From assembly GCA_964599115.1 (NCBI GenBank), contig CAZREZ010000001.1, positions 1 through 40,322 of the forward strand: a stretch of DNA of 40,322 bases, written 5' to 3'. The notes below the pieces were generated by a model. The model ran no database searches and was not told where the DNA came from. It saw only the letters and a list, made by a program, of their open reading frames with translations. Within the stretch, counting starts at the first letter, position 1. Every line of letters begins with the position of its first letter. The stretch is from an uncultured Bacteroidales bacterium (GTDB lineage Bacteria > Bacteroidota > Bacteroidia > Bacteroidales > JADFUO01). The position numbers and the translations under genes are program-made. Below are positions 37,702 through 40,322 of the stretch, piece by piece.

Positions 37702-38739
37702 ATGAATTACAGACATATACTCATTTGTTCATTCTTTACTATCTTGATAATCTCTGGATGTTCAAATCAAATGAAGAAAGACAAAGAAAAGAAAAAGATT
37801 CCGGTTAAGGTCTATCATGTTCAACAGGAATCTGTTCCTGAAGAATTGCAATTCAGCGGTAATATCTTACCATTAAAGACTATCAAATTTGGTTTTATGG
37901 TAGCCGGGAAAATAAAAGATGTATATGTTAAAGAAGGTCAATATATTTATGAAGGAGATCTGATTGCAACAATTGATCCGGTAGATTATGAGTTTGCGCT
38001 TCAGGCTTCCGAAGCACAATTTATTGAAGCCAAAAAAGAATTTACAAGGCTTAAAACCCTTTATGAGAAAGCAAGCCTTACTCAAAGTAATTACGACAAA
38101 ATAACTGCACTTTATAATAAAGCAAAAGCTGATTATAATTATAAAAAGAAGCAAGTGGAGGATACTCGTCTATACTCCCCGCATGAAGGCTGGCTTGCGA
38201 TTGAGGGTGTTGAACCAGGGGAGATAGTTCCACAAGGTATGCCATTATTTGCTATTGTTTACACAAGAGAAGTATTTGCCCAGACATCCATTCCCGGGAA
38301 TGAAATTAATGCAATTACTTTAAACATGGATTTATTAGTGAAGGTACCTGCAATAAAAGATACTCTTTTTAAAGGAAAAATCAGCAGGATCGGGTCAGTG
38401 GCTGATCCTTATTCAAGAACGTTTCCTGTAAAAGCAACAGTTCATAACCATGAATTTGTTCTTAAACCCGGAATGATAGCTTTCTTGAATATTCCAACCG
38501 GAGAAACCAGGGATATCATTTGTATACCTGCTGAAACTATTGTTTTGGATGCTAATGGCAAAACATATGTGTATCTTGTGATACATAAAAAAAGCAAGGT
38601 AACAAAAAAGGAAATACAATCTGGTAATACGATCGGAGATAAAGTTGAAATACTTGACGGATTGAATAACGGAGATATAATTGTATTAGAAGGGAAAATG
38701 AAGCTTTACGAAGGTGCCCTGATTGAAATTAGCGAATAA
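37702..38739 (+). CDS. RND efflux periplasmic adaptor (membrane fusion protein), lipoprotein
   Basis: The 345-aa ORF has a lipobox (IISGC-SN) and alpha-hairpin, lipoyl and beta-barrel sequence features typical of the HlyD_D23 family. Confidence 0.9.
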   Translation: MNYRHILICSFFTILIISGCSNQMKKDKEKKKIPVKVYHVQQESVPEELQFSGNILPLKTIKFGFMVAGKIKDVYVKEGQYIYEGDLIATIDPVDYEFALQASEAQFIEAKKEFTRLKTLYEKASLTQSNYDKITALYNKAKADYNYKKKQVEDTRLYSPHEGWLAIEGVEPGEIVPQGMPLFAIVYTREVFAQTSIPGNEINAITLNMDLLVKVPAIKDTLFKGKISRIGSVADPYSRTFPVKATVHNHEFVLKPGMIAFLNIPTGETRDIICIPAETIVLDANGKTYVYLVIHKKSKVTKKEIQSGNTIGDKVEILDGLNNGDIIVLEGKMKLYEGALIEISE

Positions 38740-38764
38740 AACATTCTCAAGACAAGTAAGGACT

Positions 38765-40322
38765 ATGAATATTATAAGAGCAACTCTGAAATATCACCGT
38801 GTATCAACATTTACTATTTTACTGATATTTGCTGCCGGAGTATATTCTTTGATGACAATGCCACGCAGGTCTTCTCCTGAAATTACAATCAGGCAGGCTT
38901 TAGTAATTGCTTTTTATCCCGGGGCAACAGCAAAACAGACAGAAGAACAAGTTACAAAAAGTATTGAAGACAAGCTTTTTACTTATTCGGAAGTTAAAAA
39001 AGATGACACTTATTCAACAACAAAAGATGGGTTGGTAGTGGTAACTGTAACACTTGAAGATTGGGTAGACAGTCCTGATCTGTTTTGGGAAAGATTAGGT
39101 CAGGGATTATTTCAATTGTCTCAAATCAGTTTACCTAAAGGAGTAATCGGCCCTATTGTTGATTCCGATTTTGGTGATGTAGTAGCTTTGTTGATTGCTG
39201 TTGAAACAAACAATTATAGTTACAGTGAATTACAAGATTATGTTGAATTAATAGAGAATAACTTAAGAAGGATACCAGCTACTTCGAAAATGGACCGGAT
39301 TGGATATCAGCCTCAGGAAATACTGGTAACATCTAATTCGGAAAAACTGGCTCAGTTTGGTATCAGCCTGGAAGATGTTATAAGAGTATTAAAAACTCAG
39401 AATATTATTCAGTATTCAGGCTATATTGAATCTGATTATTCGAAAGTAAGTTTATTTACAACAGGATTTTTTACAACTGTTGAACAGATAAGAGAGCAGG
39501 AAGTGGGTGTATCTTCCGAAGGATCGGTTGTAAGGATTAAAGACTTAGCCCAAGTTGAAAGGAAATATAAGGAACCAACGGAACATATCCGCGTGAATGG
39601 TAAAGACAGCAAGGTGATGCTCATATCTTTACAGATGCAATCGGGTTATAATATTGTTCAATTCGGTAAAGAAATTGATGAAGCTCTTGATAAAACACGT
39701 AAAATACTGCCTGAAGATATTAATTTACATATTATCAATGACCAGCCACAAACAGTAAAATATGCAGTAAATGATTTCCTTAAGGAGTTTCTTATTGCTG
39801 TTATTGCTGTTATTCTTGTCATTATGCTCCTTTTACCGTTAAATATAGCTCTTATTGCTGCTATTTCCATACCAATTTCTATTGGCATGACTTTCTCATT
39901 TCTTGATCTTTTTGGGTTTGAGTTGCAACAAGTTTCCCTTGCTTCATTGATTGTTGTTTTGGGAATGGTGGTTGATAATGCCATAGTTGTTATTGATAAT
40001 TATATTGCAAAGCTGGATCAGGGATTAAGCAGGTTTGAAGCAGCCTGGCGAAGTGCAAAAGAATTCTCTGTTCCATTGTTTAGCTCAACGCTTGCTATAA
40101 TTATGGCTTTCCTGCCATTAATATTTATACTTACAGGAGCTACAGGCCAGTTTTTATACAGCTTGCCCATTACAGTAGCCATTTCTATGTCATGTTCACT
40201 TATTGTTGCTTTTTTTCTTACACCATTTTTAGCATATAGTTTTATTAAAAAAGGATTGGAAAAGAAAACCACAAAAACTGAAAACAAGAAGAAAAAATTT
40301 TCAATGTTAGTGCTCGTCCAGA
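38765..40322 (+). CDS. RND efflux permease (AcrB/CzcA superfamily), 3'-truncated by window end
   Basis: The frame is open from ATG 38765 to the window end. It begins MNIIRATLKYHRVSTFTILLIFAAGVYSLMTMPRRSSPEITIRQALV and contains ...LIVVLGMVVDNAIVVIDN. It is absent from the ORF track because it has no stop in the window. Confidence 0.9.
   Translation, partial: MNIIRATLKYHRVSTFTILLIFAAGVYSLMTMPRRSSPEITIRQALVIAFYPGATAKQTEEQVTKSIEDKLFTYSEVKKDDTYSTTKDGLVVVTVTLEDWVDSPDLFWERLGQGLFQLSQISLPKGVIGPIVDSDFGDVVALLIAVETNNYSYSELQDYVELIENNLRRIPATSKMDRIGYQPQEILVTSNSEKLAQFGISLEDVIRVLKTQNIIQYSGYIESDYSKVSLFTTGFFTTVEQIREQEVGVSSEGSVVRIKDLAQVERKYKEPTEHIRVNGKDSKVMLISLQMQSGYNIVQFGKEIDEALDKTRKILPEDINLHIINDQPQTVKYAVNDFLKEFLIAVIAVILVIMLLLPLNIALIAAISIPISIGMTFSFLDLFGFELQQVSLASLIVVLGMVVDNAIVVIDNYIAKLDQGLSRFEAAWRSAKEFSVPLFSSTLAIIMAFLPLIFILTGATGQFLYSLPITVAISMSCSLIVAFFLTPFLAYSFIKKGLEKKTTKTENKKKKFSMLVLVQ

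Noticed and set aside
2205-40287. Short ORFs lying antisense or out of frame inside long, well-supported genes. They are 2205-2441, 2496-2738, 6431-6646, 6707-7003, 8936-9166, 11329-11511, 13382-13576, 13759-13959, 14841-15050, 16568-16771, 17078-17371 and 17672-17869. They also include 19522-19731, 21722-22012, 23272-23493, 23844-24227, 24345-24533, 26704-26970, 29159-29503, 29752-30012, 30193-30420, 30644-30967, 31894-32319 and 32701-32952. The last group is 34250-34453, 34488-34685, 34538-34828, 36695-36880, 36744-36971, 37036-37266, 37873-38154, 38413-38619, 39436-39624, 39658-39984 and 40018-40287.
   Set aside because: All overlap confidently assigned genes. Their composition is low-complexity or Ser/Phe/Ile-rich, typical of shadow frames in AT-rich DNA. 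None has a recognisable motif.

Overview
This is an AT-rich chromosomal segment that looks Bacteroidota-type. The evidence is two proteins with T9SS C-terminal sorting domains, TTTG/TAnnTTTG promoter boxes, and a DUF4270-like lipoprotein next to a short GT5 glycogen-synthase-like gene. Most of the window is housekeeping: glmS, proline dehydrogenase, yceD-rpmF-plsX-fabH, aspS, miaB, topA, an S41 peptidase, tRNA-Leu(CAA), prs-rplY-pth and tadA. The accessory content is as follows. (1) A HigB-like toxin sits with a long XRE-HTH + ImmA/IrrE (HEAGH) partner, next to a roughly 88-nt GC-rich hairpin island. (2) A GluR0-like ligand-gated K+ channel has its binding domain split by a TVGYGD pore. (3) An IS200/IS605-type element with matched end hairpins lies directly after the channel gene. 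(4) An AbiEi/AbiEii locus appears to be decaying: the toxin is frameshifted and the antitoxin wHTH has no canonical start. (5) Two T9SS cargo genes are separated by a repeat-dense spacer. (6) An RND efflux pair runs off the 3' end. I could not support a complete, clearly novel multi-gene system. The least explained signal is an intergenic repeat system with a conserved ~24-nt core (CCATACGGGCTAACTTCGTGTCGC-like, 3 copies) embedded between locus-specific tandem heptamer words. It comes with related heptamer arrays, a MITE-like inverted-repeat element and gene remnants (a GSIII tail and a LuxR-type tail). All calls come from reading the sequence and translations by eye. No searches were run.
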